Made by a program: the position numbers and the translations under genes. The notes under the pieces were generated by a model. The model had not been told where the DNA came from. It ran no database searches and saw only the letters and a list, made by a program, of their open reading frames with translations. A stretch of 64,000 bases of DNA, taken from the NCBI GenBank assembly GCA_963739455.1, contig CAVUAK010000003.1, forward strand, positions 32,001 through 96,000, read 5' to 3'. Positions 9,720-20,853 of this stretch are shown here, one piece after another. How positions within the stretch are numbered: position 1 is the stretch's first letter; the number at the start of each line of letters is the position of its first letter. The stretch comes from an uncultured Gemmatimonadales bacterium (GTDB lineage: Bacteria; Gemmatimonadota; Gemmatimonadetes; Gemmatimonadales; GWC2-71-9).

Positions 9720-10297
9720 CTGCCCTCCACAGCAGGCAGCGGCGGGAGCAGCGCGGCGCGCACCGCAGCCCGTGCCTTGAACAGGTTACCCCTGATGGTC
9801 GATGGATTGGCGCCGGTGAGCTCGGCCACCTCGGCCGGTGTGTACCCCTGCAGGTCCACCAGGTCGAACATCTCCCGCTGTCGTGGTGGAAGGATGTCGA
9901 GACTTGCGAGCACCAGCTCCACCAGTCGCTCGCGATCGACCCGCGCGCCCGGGTCGGTGAGGTAGGCCAGCAGCTCGCGTCGCGATTCATGCAGCGCCGC
10001 GAGCCGCGCACGCCGCCGCCCGGTGCGCTGTCGCTGGTTGGCCACTCGGCGCGTGATCTGGTACAGCCATCCGTCGAACGACGATGCCCCGCCGTACTGG
10101 TGCAGCCGCTGGTACATCAGCACGAAGCTGTCCTGCGCCACGTCGTCCGCTTCGTCCGGGTCCGCGGTAAAGCCGAGGGCCCACCGGTACACCCGCGCCT
10201 GGAGCACGGCAATGAGGGCGGCGAGCGACTCGCTGTCGCCCCCAGTGGCCGCCTCGATCATGGGGGCCAGGTCGCGGGGAGGGGTGGTGACGTTCAT
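9716..10297 (-). CDS. ECF RNA polymerase sigma factor
   Basis: ADDVAQDSF, FDGWLYQI and region-4 HTH (EVAELTGANPSTIRGNLFKAR). Confidence 0.92.
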   Translation of the reverse strand: MNVTTPPRDLAPMIEAATGGDSESLAALIAVLQARVYRWALGFTADPDEADDVAQDSFVLMYQRLHQYGGASSFDGWLYQITRRVANQRQRTGRRRARLAALHESRRELLAYLTDPGARVDRERLVELVLASLDILPPRQREMFDLVDLQGYTPAEVAELTGANPSTIRGNLFKARAAVRAALLPPLPAVEGR

Positions 10298-10340
10298 TGC
10301 CCTCAGGATGTCACCAGGAATGCACCCGTTTACCGCCCCG

Positions 10341-10712
10341 CTAGTACGACACCATGGTCGTGAAGCCGCCGTATGCCATCCGCTTCGGGTCGAACGGCAT
10401 GTCGGCGGGATCCATCATCTCCGCCAGCCGCGGGTCTTCCATGACCTTCTTCATGATCCGGTTGCGCTGGCTCTTCGACTTGTACGTGATCCAGGAGAAC
10501 ACCACCACCTCGTTCGGCTTCTGCTTGATCAGCTTGGGGAAGGGAATCCCGAAGTTCACCTTGAGGTTCTCGCCCACGCACTCCCGGTACTGGAGCGCGC
10601 CGTACTCCAGCCAGATCTTCCCCGCCTTCTGCGCCAGCTTCTTGTAGTCCTTGAGCTTGCGCCGCGGCACCGCCATCACGAAACCATCGACGTATTGCAC
10701 GAGTTCCTCCAC
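10341..10712 (-). CDS. DUF1428 (YbaA-like) protein
   Basis: YVDGFV, VVFSWI and MPFDPKRMAYGGF. Confidence 0.9.
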   Translation of the reverse strand: MEELVQYVDGFVMAVPRRKLKDYKKLAQKAGKIWLEYGALQYRECVGENLKVNFGIPFPKLIKQKPNEVVVFSWITYKSKSQRNRIMKKVMEDPRLAEMMDPADMPFDPKRMAYGGFTTMVSY

Positions 10713-10821
10713 ACGTTGGGTGTATCACAAATACAGCCCGTCACCGCCCCAGGTTGCAAGCCACGACCTAACAACGGGGCCTTCCGGGCGTCTTCCTGGC
10801 AACTCACTTGGAGACAACCAG

Positions 10822-11511
10822 ATGCGCGCCCCGACTGCCCTGATCATGGCCCTGCTGGCCAGTGCCACCAGCCTGCCCGCCCAGCAGCACATGCACGAAG
10901 CCGGGCCTGCAGCGGACGGGCACGACGCCTCGCCCCACATGCGCGTCTCGCCCGCGCGCACTCCCACCGCCGCCGATTCTGCCCGCGGCGACAGTCTCGT
11001 GCGCGTCGCGCGCCAGGCGGTGAGCCGCTACCAGTCGGTCGAGGCAGCGGAGCACGACGGCTACAAGGTGCGAATGGAGAAGATGAAGCAGGGGAAGGTG
11101 CTCCACTACACCAGCATCGCCAATGGGCTCAAGGCACGCACCGAGTGGAACCCGGCGCTCCCCACCTCGCTGCTGTACCAGCGCACCGCAGGCGGACAGC
11201 TTCAGCTCATCGGCGTCATGTACACCGTCCCCGCCAGCGCCACGCTCGATGAACTCGACGCCCGCGTTCCGCTCGGCCTGGTGCAGTGGCACCTGCACAC
11301 CAACATCTGCATGCCGAAGGGCGCTGACGCGCGCCAGTCCGCCGATTTCGTCGGTCGCAATGCGAAGTTCGGCCCCCGCGGCAGCATCACCACGGAAGAG
11401 GCGTGCGCCCAGGCCGGCGGTCGCTTCAGGGCCCAGTCATTTGGCTGGATGGTTCATGTCAACGTCATGACCAATGACCCCTGGGCTCCGGGCCAGAAGC
11501 ACATGCACTAG
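10822..11511 (+). CDS. Hypothetical secreted His-rich protein
   Basis: RBS ggag, signal peptide, WHLHTNIC and GWMVHV motifs. Confidence 0.7.
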   Translation: MRAPTALIMALLASATSLPAQQHMHEAGPAADGHDASPHMRVSPARTPTAADSARGDSLVRVARQAVSRYQSVEAAEHDGYKVRMEKMKQGKVLHYTSIANGLKARTEWNPALPTSLLYQRTAGGQLQLIGVMYTVPASATLDELDARVPLGLVQWHLHTNICMPKGADARQSADFVGRNAKFGPRGSITTEEACAQAGGRFRAQSFGWMVHVNVMTNDPWAPGQKHMH

Positions 11512-11523
11512 GAAGCAAAGCGT

Positions 11524-11560
11524 CCTGACGCCTGACGCCTGACGCCTGACGCCTAACGCC
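11524..11560. repeat. Intergenic heptamer tandem repeat (cctgacg)n
   Basis: Read directly from the sequence. Confidence 0.85.
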
Positions 11561-11618
11561 TCTTACCAATCGCCTTTCCGGCCCGTACGTTGACCCTTCC
11601 CCCAGTAGAGGATCGGTC

Positions 11619-11939
11619 ATGCCGATGTACTTGTGGCGGGCGTCATACGCCGCCGATGGTGCCAAGGGCCTGCTCATGGATGGCGGCACCAAGCGCCGCG
11701 ATGCAGTCAAGGCGATGCTCGAGAAGGCGGGCGGGAAGCTCCACTCCTTTCATTTCGCGCTCGGAACCGATGACGTCATCGGCATCGCCGAGTTCCCCGA
11801 CACCGCCACGGCGGCAGCGACCAGCCTTGTCGTGAACGCGAGCGGCGCCGTCCACCTCCATTCCACCCTGCTCATCTCACCCGAGGAACTCGACGCTGCC
11901 ACCAAGAAGGCCATCGCCTACACGCCCCCCGGCGCATAG
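11619..11939 (+). CDS. GYD domain protein
   Basis: MPMYLWRASY...AGGKLHSFHFALGTDD...YTPPG pattern. Confidence 0.85.
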   Translation: MPMYLWRASYAADGAKGLLMDGGTKRRDAVKAMLEKAGGKLHSFHFALGTDDVIGIAEFPDTATAAATSLVVNASGAVHLHSTLLISPEELDAATKKAIAYTPPGA

Positions 11940-11948
11940 GTCATCCTG

Positions 11949-12329
11949 GTGACTCGCACCGAGAAGGTCATTGCCTTTTCCGCCGGGGTGGAGGCCGTCA
12001 CCGGTCTGGCACTCATCGCGGTGCCCCTGTTCGTCGCCCGCGCCTTGCTCGGTGCCGACCTCCCGCCCGCCGGGCCCGTCGTGGCCCGCTGCTTCGGCGT
12101 GGCGCTCATCGCGCTCGCCTTGGCGGTCTGGCCCGACCGCGATCGCGTCACCGGCGCGCCCGCCCTCCGTGCCATGCTGCTCTACAATGCGGGGCTCGCG
12201 GGGTATCTCACCTGGCTCGGCGTTCGATGGCACCTGGGTGGGATACTCCTCTGGCCGGCGGCGGTACTACATGCTGCGGTCGCCGTCCTCCTTGCCTTGC
12301 CCCTGCTTGGCGTAAAGGACGAGGCCTGA
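11949..12329 (+). CDS. Hypothetical membrane protein
   Basis: EAVTGLAL, LLYN and LLWPAAVLH; four TMs. Confidence 0.7.
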   Translation: MTRTEKVIAFSAGVEAVTGLALIAVPLFVARALLGADLPPAGPVVARCFGVALIALALAVWPDRDRVTGAPALRAMLLYNAGLAGYLTWLGVRWHLGGILLWPAAVLHAAVAVLLALPLLGVKDEA

Positions 12330-12368
12330 CGGCCACCCGCCCTCCCCGCCCTCCCCGCCATCCCCGCC

Positions 12369-12397
12369 TTGACTTACTTGAACGACCGTTCAATATT
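12369..12397 (+). promoter_or_regulatory. Putative sigma70 promoter overlapped by a palindromic TetR-type operator
   Basis: TTGACT at 12369; inverted repeat TTGAACG-ac-CGTTCAA at 12378-12393 upstream of the TetR-RND operon. Confidence 0.6.
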
Positions 12398-12448
12398 CGC
12401 CCCTAAGTCACTTGGGGAATACAGTTACACGGTCGTTACAGCCTGAGC

Positions 12449-13129
12449 ATGGATTCAGCTTCAGCAGCACTGCCTCACCCGATCCTCGAAGAAGCCGCCA
12501 GCCAGTCCCGCGGCGACCTCCGCAGGCGCGAGATCCTCGACGCCGCCTTTTTCGTTTTCGGCAAGCTCGGCTACGAGCGCGCGACCCTCAACGACGTCGC
12601 CCGTGCCATCAAGGTCAGCGCCGGAACGATCTGCCATCACTTCGGCACCAAGAACGACCTCTTTGAGGCCGTCATCGCCGATCGGTTTCTTCGCTTCCAG
12701 GCCGAGGTCGAGTCGCTTCTCGTGGCCCACAAGGGCACCTACCTCGAGCTCCTCCACACCATCGTCGGTCGCTTCTGGGATCATCTCTGGGAGCCCGGCC
12801 AGCTCGATTTCATGCTCGTGAGCCAGGTCGAGGCGCCCCAGTTTCCCGACTCCGGTCGCCTCCAGTTCCAGCAGACCTGCTGCCGCTCCCGCAACGTCCT
12901 CACGGCCATCCTCGAGGCCGGCATGGAGGCGGGCGAGTTCCGCGCAATGGACGTGAACTGCGTCACCCGCACCATTGCGCCGGCCATGATCGGCATCGCG
13001 GCCAACCAGCACCGCTTTGCCTGCTACGATAGCGCGCCCGTCAGTCGCGACCAGCTTCGCCGCACGATCCTCGAGGTCGTGGATCGCGCGGTTCTGCCAT
13101 TCGCTCCACCTCCCAACCCTTCGAGCTGA
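12449..13129 (+). CDS. TetR/AcrR family regulator
   Basis: ILDAAFFVFGKLGYERATLNDVARAIKVSAGTICHHFGTK HTH. Confidence 0.92.
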   Translation: MDSASAALPHPILEEAASQSRGDLRRREILDAAFFVFGKLGYERATLNDVARAIKVSAGTICHHFGTKNDLFEAVIADRFLRFQAEVESLLVAHKGTYLELLHTIVGRFWDHLWEPGQLDFMLVSQVEAPQFPDSGRLQFQQTCCRSRNVLTAILEAGMEAGEFRAMDVNCVTRTIAPAMIGIAANQHRFACYDSAPVSRDQLRRTILEVVDRAVLPFAPPPNPSS

Positions 13130-13137
13130 GGTTTTTC

Positions 13138-14307
13138 ATGCAGGGCTTCAATCAACGCGCGGCCAGCGCGGCAGCAGTTGCGTTCCTGCTGGCAGCGTGC
13201 AGCCCGCCGGCGCCGTCGGCGCCGCCACCGCCAGCCGTCACCGCGGCCCCCGCCATCGGGCGCACCGTGAATGAATGGGATGAGTTCACCGGCCGCATCG
13301 AGGCGGTGGACTATGTCGAGGTACGGCCCCGCGTCTCCGGCTTCATCGAGAAGGTGGCGTTCACCGAGGGGAAGGAAGTGCGCCAGGGTGACGTGCTCTT
13401 CGTCATCGACCAGCGGACGTACAAGGACGCCCTCGATCGCGCCCAGGCCGAGCTGACGCGCGCGAAGTCGCAGGCGCAGCTGGCCCACAGCGTGGCCGAC
13501 CACGCCCAGGCCCTCATTGCCGAGAACGCCGTGTCCCGCGAGGAGTACGATGCGCGCGTCAGCGGCACCGCGGAGGCCGATGCCGCCATGCAGGGCGCTG
13601 AGGCCGCGGTGCGCACCGCGAAGCTCAACCTCGACTGGACCCTGGTGCGCGCGCCGATCAGCGGCCGCATCAGCCGCGCCGAGGTCACCGCCGGCAACGT
13701 GGTGCAGGGCGGGGCACCCACGCCAACGCTGCTCACCACCATCGTCTCGCTCGACCCCGTCTACGTCTATTTCGAGGGCGACGAGCAGGCATACCTGCGC
13801 TACAACCAGCTGGCCCGTGACGGCACCCGTGGCAGCTCGCGCAACGTGAAGAACCCGGTGCGCATGGGCCTCGCCAACGAGACCGGCTTCCCGCACACCG
13901 GGTACGTCGACTTCGTCGACAACCAGCTCAACCCGAACACCGGCACCATCCGGGCCCGCGCCGTGTTCAGCAACAAGGATCGCTTCTTCACCCCCGGGCT
14001 CTTTGCCCGCATCCAGTTGCTGGGTAGCGGCAAGTTCGACGCGGTGCTGGTGCAGGATGGCGCCATCGGCACCGACCAGGATCGCAAGTTCGTCTACGTG
14101 CTCAAGGCCGACAGCACCGTCGACTACCGCAGCGTCGAGCTCGGCCGCATCGTCGATGGCCTCCGCGTCATCCGGAAGGGCATCGTTCCCGGCGACGAGG
14201 TCGTCATCAACGGCCTGCAGCGCATCAGGCCCGGGATGAAGGTCAACGCGACCATCACCACCATGGAACCGTCCGACTCCGGGCAGACTGCGCAGCGAGG
14301 CTCGTAA
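13138..14307 (+). CDS. RND efflux membrane-fusion lipoprotein (MexE/OqxA-like)
   Basis: Lipobox LAAC, WDEFTGRIEAV, VRPRVSG and APISGRI. Confidence 0.93.
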   Translation: MQGFNQRAASAAAVAFLLAACSPPAPSAPPPPAVTAAPAIGRTVNEWDEFTGRIEAVDYVEVRPRVSGFIEKVAFTEGKEVRQGDVLFVIDQRTYKDALDRAQAELTRAKSQAQLAHSVADHAQALIAENAVSREEYDARVSGTAEADAAMQGAEAAVRTAKLNLDWTLVRAPISGRISRAEVTAGNVVQGGAPTPTLLTTIVSLDPVYVYFEGDEQAYLRYNQLARDGTRGSSRNVKNPVRMGLANETGFPHTGYVDFVDNQLNPNTGTIRARAVFSNKDRFFTPGLFARIQLLGSGKFDAVLVQDGAIGTDQDRKFVYVLKADSTVDYRSVELGRIVDGLRVIRKGIVPGDEVVINGLQRIRPGMKVNATITTMEPSDSGQTAQRGS

Positions 14308-17300
14308 TGAAGTTCTCGAGGTTCTTCATCGATCGGCCGATCTTCGCGGCCGTGCTGTCCATCGTGATCCTGCTCGCGGGCATCATCTCGATGCGCTCGC
14401 TCCCGATCTCGGAGTATCCCGACGTGGTCCCGCCGTCGGTGGTCGTGACGGCCATCTATCCCGGCGCCAATCCGAGGGTCATCGCCGAGACCGTGGCCAC
14501 GCCGCTCGAGGAAGTGGTGAACGGCGTCGACAACATGCTGTACATGTCGTCGCAGGCCACCGCCGACGGCCTGCTCAACCTCACCGTCACCTTCAAGATC
14601 GGCACCGACGTCGACCTGGCGCAGGTGCAGGTGCAGAACCGCGTCAGCCAGGCGCTGCCCCGGCTTCCCGAGGAAGTGCGGCAGATCGGCGTCAGCACCG
14701 TCAAGAGCTCGCCCAACCTCACGATGGTGGTGCACATCGTGTCGCCCGACGGGCGCTATGACGAGCTGTACCTGCGCAACTACGCCGTGCTCCAGGTCAA
14801 GGATCGCCTGGCCCGCATTCCCGGCGTGGGACAGATCAACGTCTTCGGCGGCGGCGACTACGCCATGCGCATCTGGCTCGACCCGCAGCAGATCGCGTCC
14901 CGCGGCCTCACCGCCGGCGACGTCGTCGCTGCCATCCGCGAGCAGAACGTCCAGGTCGCGGCCGGTGTCGTGGGCGGGTCGCCCATGCCCGACAAGATCG
15001 CCTACCAGCTGAGCGTCAACGCGCGCGGCCGCCTCACCAACGAGGAGGAGTTCGGCCAGATCGTCCTCAAGACCGGCAAGAATGGCGAGCTCACCCGGCT
15101 CAAGGACGTGGCCCGCATCGAGCTCGCGGCCGGCAGCTACTCGCTCCGGTCGAGCCTCGACAACAAGCCCGCCGTCGGCATCGGCATCTTCCAGGCGCCG
15201 GGGTCGAATGCCCTCCAGCTCTCCACCGACGTGCGCGCCACCATGGCGGAGATCAAGAAGACGATTCCCGAGGGCGTCGACTTCAGCGTGGTCTACGATC
15301 CCGACCAAGTTCGTGCAGCGAGTCGATCAACGAGGTCATCAAGACGCTCTTCGAGGCCACGCTGCTCGTCGTCATCGTCGTGGTGCTCTTCCTCCAGACC
15401 TGGCGCGCGTCGATCATCCCGCTGGTCGCGGTGCCGATCTCGATCGTCGGCACCTTCGCCGTGCTGAAGATGTTCGGGTTCTCCATCAATACGCTGTCGC
15501 TCTTCGGGCTGGTGCTGGCCATCGGCATCGTGGTGGACGACGCCATCGTCGTCGTCGAGAACGTGGAGCGGAACATCGAGGATGGCTTGTCGCCGCTCGA
15601 GGCGGCGCACACCGCCATGGACGAGGTCAGCGGGCCGATCATCGCCATCGCGCTGGTGCTCTGCGCGGTGTTCGTTCCCATTGCCTTCATCAGCGGCCTC
15701 ACCGGCCAGTTCTATCGCCAGTTCGCCCTGACGATCGCCTTCTCCACGCTCATCTCGGCGTTCAACTCGCTGACGCTGTCACCGGCGCTCGCCGCGATCC
15801 TGCTCAAGCCCCACGGCGCGCCACCCGACCGGCTCACCGTGATCATCGATCGCTTGTTCGGCTGGATCTTCCGGCCCTTCAACCGGGTCTTCAAGCGCGG
15901 CTCCGAGCGGTACCGGAACGTGGTGAAGGGCGCCATCGCCCGCTCACCGCTGGCGCTCGGCGTCTACGCGCTGCTGCTCGTCGCCACCGTCCTCATGTTC
16001 CGGGCGGTGCCTGACGGCTTCGTGCCGACCCAGGACAAGCAGTATCTCATCGCCTTCGCCCAGCTCCCCGATGCCGCAACCCTGGATCGCACCGACGCCG
16101 TGATCCACGAGATGGCGCGCATCGGCCTGGAGCAGGAAGGCGTGCAGGCCGCGGTCGCCTTCACCGGCCTCTCCATCAACGGCTTCGTGAACGCGTCGAA
16201 CGGTGGCATCGTGTTCTTCCCGCTCAAGCCCTTCGAGGAGCGGAAGCGAAAGGACCTGTCGGGCATGGCGCTGGCCGGCGCCCTCAATGCCAAGTTCAGC
16301 GGCATTCAGGGTGCCTTCGTCGCCGTCTTCCCGCCGCCCCCGGTGGCCGGCATCGGTGCACTCGGCGGGTTCAAGGTGGAAATCGAGGACCGGGCCGGGC
16401 TCGGTGAGGAAGAGCTCTACAAGGCCACCCAGGCCGCCATCGGCAAGGCGTACCAGAACCCGAAGCTGGCCGGGATCTTCAGCGGCTTCCAGATCAACGT
16501 GCCGCAGCTCGTCGTCGATGTCGACCGCGACAAGGTGAAGCAGCAGGGCATCCGCCTCACCGACGTCTTCCAGACGATGCAGATCTTCCTGGGGTCGCTG
16601 TACATCAACGACTTCAACAAGTTCGGCCGCACCTACCAGGTCATTGCCCAGGCCGACGCGCCGTTCCGCTCCACCGCCGAGGGCATCAAGCTCCTCAAGG
16701 TGCGCAACGCCGCAGGGGAGATGGTCCCGCTCGGCGCGATCGTGCAGGTGAAGGAGACCTACGGGCCTGACCGTGTGCTCCGGTACAACGCCTATCCATC
16801 GGCCGACATCAACGGCGGTGCGGCGCCCGGGGTGAGCTCGGGTGAGGCCCGGGCCATCATGGAGAAGATCCTGCAGGAGACGCTGCCCGAACGGCTTCGG
16901 CTACGAGTGGACCGAGCTCACCTACCAGGAAATCCTGGCCGGCAATACCGCGGTGCTCATCTTCCCGCTCTGTGTGCTGCTGGCCTTCCTCGTGCTCGCA
17001 GCGCAGTACGAGAGCTGGAGCATGCCGCTCGCGGTCATCCTCATCGTGCCGATGTGCATTCTCTGCGCGCTCATCGGCGTGTGGCTCACCAAGGGTGACA
17101 CCAACGTCTTCACCCAGGTCGGCCTGGTGGTGCTCGTGGGCCTCGCCTGCAAGAACGCCATCCTCATCGTGGAGTTCGCGCGAGAAGCGCAGATGAAGGG
17201 TGCCACCGCCGTCGACGCGGCACTCGAGGCCTGCCGCCTCCGGCTCCGCCCGATCCTCATGACCTCGTTCGCCTTCATCATGGGCGTGGTCCCGCTGGTC

Positions 17301-17495
17301 ATCTCGAGGGGTGCCGGCGCGGAGATGCGTCACGCCATGGGCGTGGCGGTGTTCTCCGGCATGCTTGGCGTCACCTTCTTCGGCCTGATCCTCACCCCGG
17401 TGTTCTACGTGACGATCCAGAAGCTTGTGGAGCGCCGCAGCAAGGCCGCCGATCCGATCATCACGACGGCGCACCAGGGAGATGTGCATGCGTAA
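14307..17495 (+). CDS. RND efflux permease (MexF/OqxB-like), frameshifted near 15300 and 16888
   Basis: FFIDRPIFA, GIVVDDAIVVVENVER, ACKNAILIVEFA and RLRPILMTS across three consecutive ORFs. Confidence 0.93.
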
Positions 17496-18969
17496 GTCGA
17501 TTCTCGCCCTGTTCCTCATGCTCCTGGTGCAGTCATGCGCCGTCGGTCCGTCCTACGAGCGGCCGCCGGTCGTGGCGCCCGAGACGCCGCTGGTCACCAT
17601 CCGTACGCCCGACAGTGTGCAGGCGAAGCTCGATACCGTCGTCCGCGTCCGCGACAGCCTGCTCCCTGGTGCTGCCGACCAGAAGAAGCCGTCACTCGCC
17701 ATGCGCTCCGGCACCGGCGAGGATGTGGCCTGGCTCAACCTGCTGCAGGATACCGTGCTGGTGCAGCTGGTCCGGCACGCCGTCGTCCAGAACCGCGACG
17801 TCGTGCTGGCCACGGCGCGGGTGCGGGAGGCGCGCGCCCTCGCCGGTGCCGCGAAGGGGCCGCTCTTTCCGCAGCTCGCCGCCAATGGCGCAGCCAGCAC
17901 CAACCAGGTCGTCTTCGGCTCGCTCGGCACCCAGACCTACGACGCACTTCGCGTAACGGGTGACATGCAGTGGGAAATCGACTTCTGGGGCGGCATTCGC
18001 CGGTCCGTCCAGGCGGCGAACTTCGACGCGGCGGCACAGAAGGAAGGGGAGCGTGCCGTCGTGCTGACGGTCGTGTCCGACGTCGCGGCTGCCTATGTGG
18101 ACCTCCGCGCCCTCGATGATCAACTCGCGATCTCGATGCGCACCCTCGAGAGCCGGCGGGAAACGCTGCGCATCGCGAGGCGCCGGTTCAGCCAGGGCCT
18201 GATTTCCGAGCTGGATGTCCGTCAGTTCGAGGCCGAGGTGGCGGGGCCGGCGGCGGCGGTGGCCGCGTACACCCGCGCCGTGTCACAGAAGGAAAACCAG
18301 CTCCGCGTGCTCCTGGGCGAGGGCCCGGGCGTAATTCCCCGCGGCCTGCCGCTCGTCGAGACGGTGCGTGGGCTCGAGGTGCCCGACTCGCTCCCGTCGT
18401 CGCTCGTGTCCCAGCGCCCCGATGTCATGAAGGCTGATCGGGAGCTCGCGGCGGCCACCGCGCGCATTGGCGTGGCCACGGCGAACCGCCTTCCCCAGTT
18501 CCTGGTCACCGGGTCCTACGGTACCCAGGCCACCAACACCGCCGATCTCTTCCGGAGCACCTCGGAGATCTACCTGCTGCAGGGTGGGATCTCGATTCCG
18601 CTCTTCACCGGTGGCCGGCTCGTCAACGAGCAGCGTGCGGCGCAGGCTCGCGCCGACCAGTCACGCGCGGCCTATGAGCAGACGGTGCTGGTGGCATTGC
18701 GTGAGGTAGGCGATGCTTTGGTGGGTGTCCGCACGTCACGCGACCAGGCGGCGGCGCTCGACCTGCAGGTCGCGGCACTCACGCGGGCGCGTGTGCTGGC
18801 CGATATGCGCTACCAGTCGGGACTTTCGAGCTATCTCGACCTGCTCGATGCCGACCGCACACTGTTCGCGGCCGAGCTGCAGCAGGCCCAGACGCGACAG
18901 CTGCAGCTGGTTTCCGTAGTGCAGCTCTACAAGGCGCTCGGCGGAAGCTGGACCGATGGCACCAACTAG
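17488..18969 (+). CDS. RND outer-membrane factor lipoprotein (OprN/NodT family)
   Basis: Lipobox QSC-AVGP, WEIDFWG, RPDV and LYKALGG. Confidence 0.93.
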   Translation: MRKSILALFLMLLVQSCAVGPSYERPPVVAPETPLVTIRTPDSVQAKLDTVVRVRDSLLPGAADQKKPSLAMRSGTGEDVAWLNLLQDTVLVQLVRHAVVQNRDVVLATARVREARALAGAAKGPLFPQLAANGAASTNQVVFGSLGTQTYDALRVTGDMQWEIDFWGGIRRSVQAANFDAAAQKEGERAVVLTVVSDVAAAYVDLRALDDQLAISMRTLESRRETLRIARRRFSQGLISELDVRQFEAEVAGPAAAVAAYTRAVSQKENQLRVLLGEGPGVIPRGLPLVETVRGLEVPDSLPSSLVSQRPDVMKADRELAAATARIGVATANRLPQFLVTGSYGTQATNTADLFRSTSEIYLLQGGISIPLFTGGRLVNEQRAAQARADQSRAAYEQTVLVALREVGDALVGVRTSRDQAAALDLQVAALTRARVLADMRYQSGLSSYLDLLDADRTLFAAELQQAQTRQLQLVSVVQLYKALGGSWTDGTN

Positions 18970-19904
18970 GGCGCTGCTTCCGGCGCGACAAGCACGCCGA
19001 GTTCGGTGTATCGGTTCACCGTCACGTCCACGTTCTTCACCCTGACGGGACCGAGCCCCATTCCCGTCGGGGCATCCGCCGCCAGGATGTATGCCCAGCC
19101 GGCGCTGGCCCACCGGGTGCTCGGCGACAGGTAGGCGAGCGTGAAGTTGCCGGCAGCGTCGGTCGTCCCGGTGCCCGCGACGAACCACGTACCCTCGGCA
19201 TTGTCGGGGTTTCCCACCAGCGCGCGAATCGATGCGTTCGCGATTGGCGCGCCCATCCCACTCGTCGCCCGAAGCGTCCCGCTGATCGAGCCCGTCCTGG
19301 ATGGGTCGAAGGCTTCCACCGTCGCGATGAACGCGAAACCACTGTCAGTCCGCGGTGGCTCGACGTCCTGCAGCGGTATGAAGCTCCGTCCCACGTCGAA
19401 GTGAATCAGGATGTTGCCGCCGCTGTCGGCGATCGCAATCGGTTCGGGAACGTTCGACTTGAGGATCCGCTCGCCCGCACCTGACCAGTCGATTCCCGGC
19501 GAGCTCGTGCCGGTGAGCGTCCGTCCGTCCCGGAGCGTCAGGCTCGACAGGTCGGTGTTGATGGTGACGCACACCGCCCGGTAGTCGCCGGCCGGCAGCT
19601 TGATGGTGTCGAGCAGGGCAGTGGTGCCGTGCTGCAATGCGAGCAGGTCGATGGTCCGGTTTGGCGCCGCCACCTCAACTGCCCCGGTGCACGCCGATCC
19701 CGTGCTGCCCGAATCCGTCCCCACCGTCACCCGCACGATGAACAGGTCTGCGCGCGCTACCAGGTCGTAGGGAAACGGGGTGTCGGTGATCAGGATCGAC
19801 GTCGCCGAGGAGGGCGCCCCAGAATCCGCCGGATCGGGATCAGAGCAGGTGGCCGTGCCGGCAACCAGCACTGCCAGGACGGCGAGCTTGTGTGTCACGC
19901 GCAT
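18966..19904 (-). CDS. DUF4382-like lipoprotein with C-terminal Ig-like domain
   Basis: Lipobox, ITDTPFP, IDLLALQHG and FDVGRSF. Confidence 0.7.
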   Translation of the reverse strand: MRVTHKLAVLAVLVAGTATCSDPDPADSGAPSSATSILITDTPFPYDLVARADLFIVRVTVGTDSGSTGSACTGAVEVAAPNRTIDLLALQHGTTALLDTIKLPAGDYRAVCVTINTDLSSLTLRDGRTLTGTSSPGIDWSGAGERILKSNVPEPIAIADSGGNILIHFDVGRSFIPLQDVEPPRTDSGFAFIATVEAFDPSRTGSISGTLRATSGMGAPIANASIRALVGNPDNAEGTWFVAGTGTTDAAGNFTLAYLSPSTRWASAGWAYILAADAPTGMGLGPVRVKNVDVTVNRYTELGVLVAPEAAP

Positions 19905-19964
19905 GGGAACCTCCCAGGGTGATGCCGGGGACACTGAACAGGTATGTCCCGGTCCCGGTGCACG

Positions 19965-20429
19965 CTAGAGCCCCAGGTCGATTAGCCCAGGGTGGTCCGC
20001 CGGCCGGATTCCTTGCGGCCAGCGGAACAGCCGCCCCGATTCCGTGATTGCCACATCGTTGATGCTCGCGTGCCGCTCCGCCATGTAGCCGTCCGCGTCG
20101 AACTGCCAGTTCTCGTTCCCGTGCGACCGGAACCACTGACCCGACGCATCATGCCACTCGTAGACGAACCGCACCGCGATCCGGTTGTCCGTGAAGGCCC
20201 ACAGCTCCTTGATCAGCCGGTACTCCTGCTCCTTCGCCCACTTCCGCTCGAGGAACTGCACGATCTCCGCCCGGCCGCGCGGGAACTCGGAGCGGTTCCG
20301 CCAACGGCTGTCGATCGTGTAGGCCTCCGACACCCGCACCGGGTCGCGGCCGTTCCAGGCATCCTCCGCCTTTCGCACCTTGATGGTGGCGCTTTCACGG
20401 TCAAATGGCGGTAGTGGGGGTCTGGTCAT
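19965..20429 (-). CDS. DUF1348 / SnoaL-NTF2-like protein
   Basis: [28 protein letters not shown] and GNENWQF. Confidence 0.92.
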   Translation of the reverse strand: MTRPPLPPFDRESATIKVRKAEDAWNGRDPVRVSEAYTIDSRWRNRSEFPRGRAEIVQFLERKWAKEQEYRLIKELWAFTDNRIAVRFVYEWHDASGQWFRSHGNENWQFDADGYMAERHASINDVAITESGRLFRWPQGIRPADHPGLIDLGL

Positions 20430-20477
20430 GGTGCTCCTCCGCGCCTCTTGCAATGTTGCCTGCTTCGCTGCTCATTC

Positions 20478-20756
20478 ATGGACATGGTAACTCAAGCTGC
20501 GCGCCCCCGCCTGCTCACGCTTGCCATTTCGGCGCTGCTGGCACTCCAGGCCTGGTTGCTCGCCAGTGCCGTCCTCATTGCCGCGCGTTCGCCCGGCCGA
20601 CCTGCAATGGTACCCGTCGCCAATGCCCTGGCCACGGTCCTGCTGCTGGGCGCCATGCTCGTGAGCCAGAGGCATAGGCGCATCGCGTGGGCACTCATCG
20701 TGCTTTCGGTTACCTGCATCGTCACCGCCGCAATCGTAATTCCCCGCATGCAGTAG
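20478..20756 (+). CDS. Small hypothetical membrane protein
   Basis: Three hydrophobic segments. Confidence 0.5.
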   Translation: MDMVTQAARPRLLTLAISALLALQAWLLASAVLIAARSPGRPAMVPVANALATVLLLGAMLVSQRHRRIAWALIVLSVTCIVTAAIVIPRMQ

Positions 20757-20853
20757 GTCCGCGCTCGCCGCCTGCCTCGCTGCAGTAGATTCCCTGTGCA
20801 GTTGATGTCGTAATTGCAGGTATCGTCCCACCACGTTGTAACGGAGAAGGATC

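Noticed and set aside
14307..17495. Pseudogenes or programmed frameshifts in the RND permease, bioB, mltD, holB, serine hydrolase, kinase, DMT and CPA2 genes
   Set aside because: Isolated single-base indels, including one in essential holB, with all motifs intact point to sequencing error.
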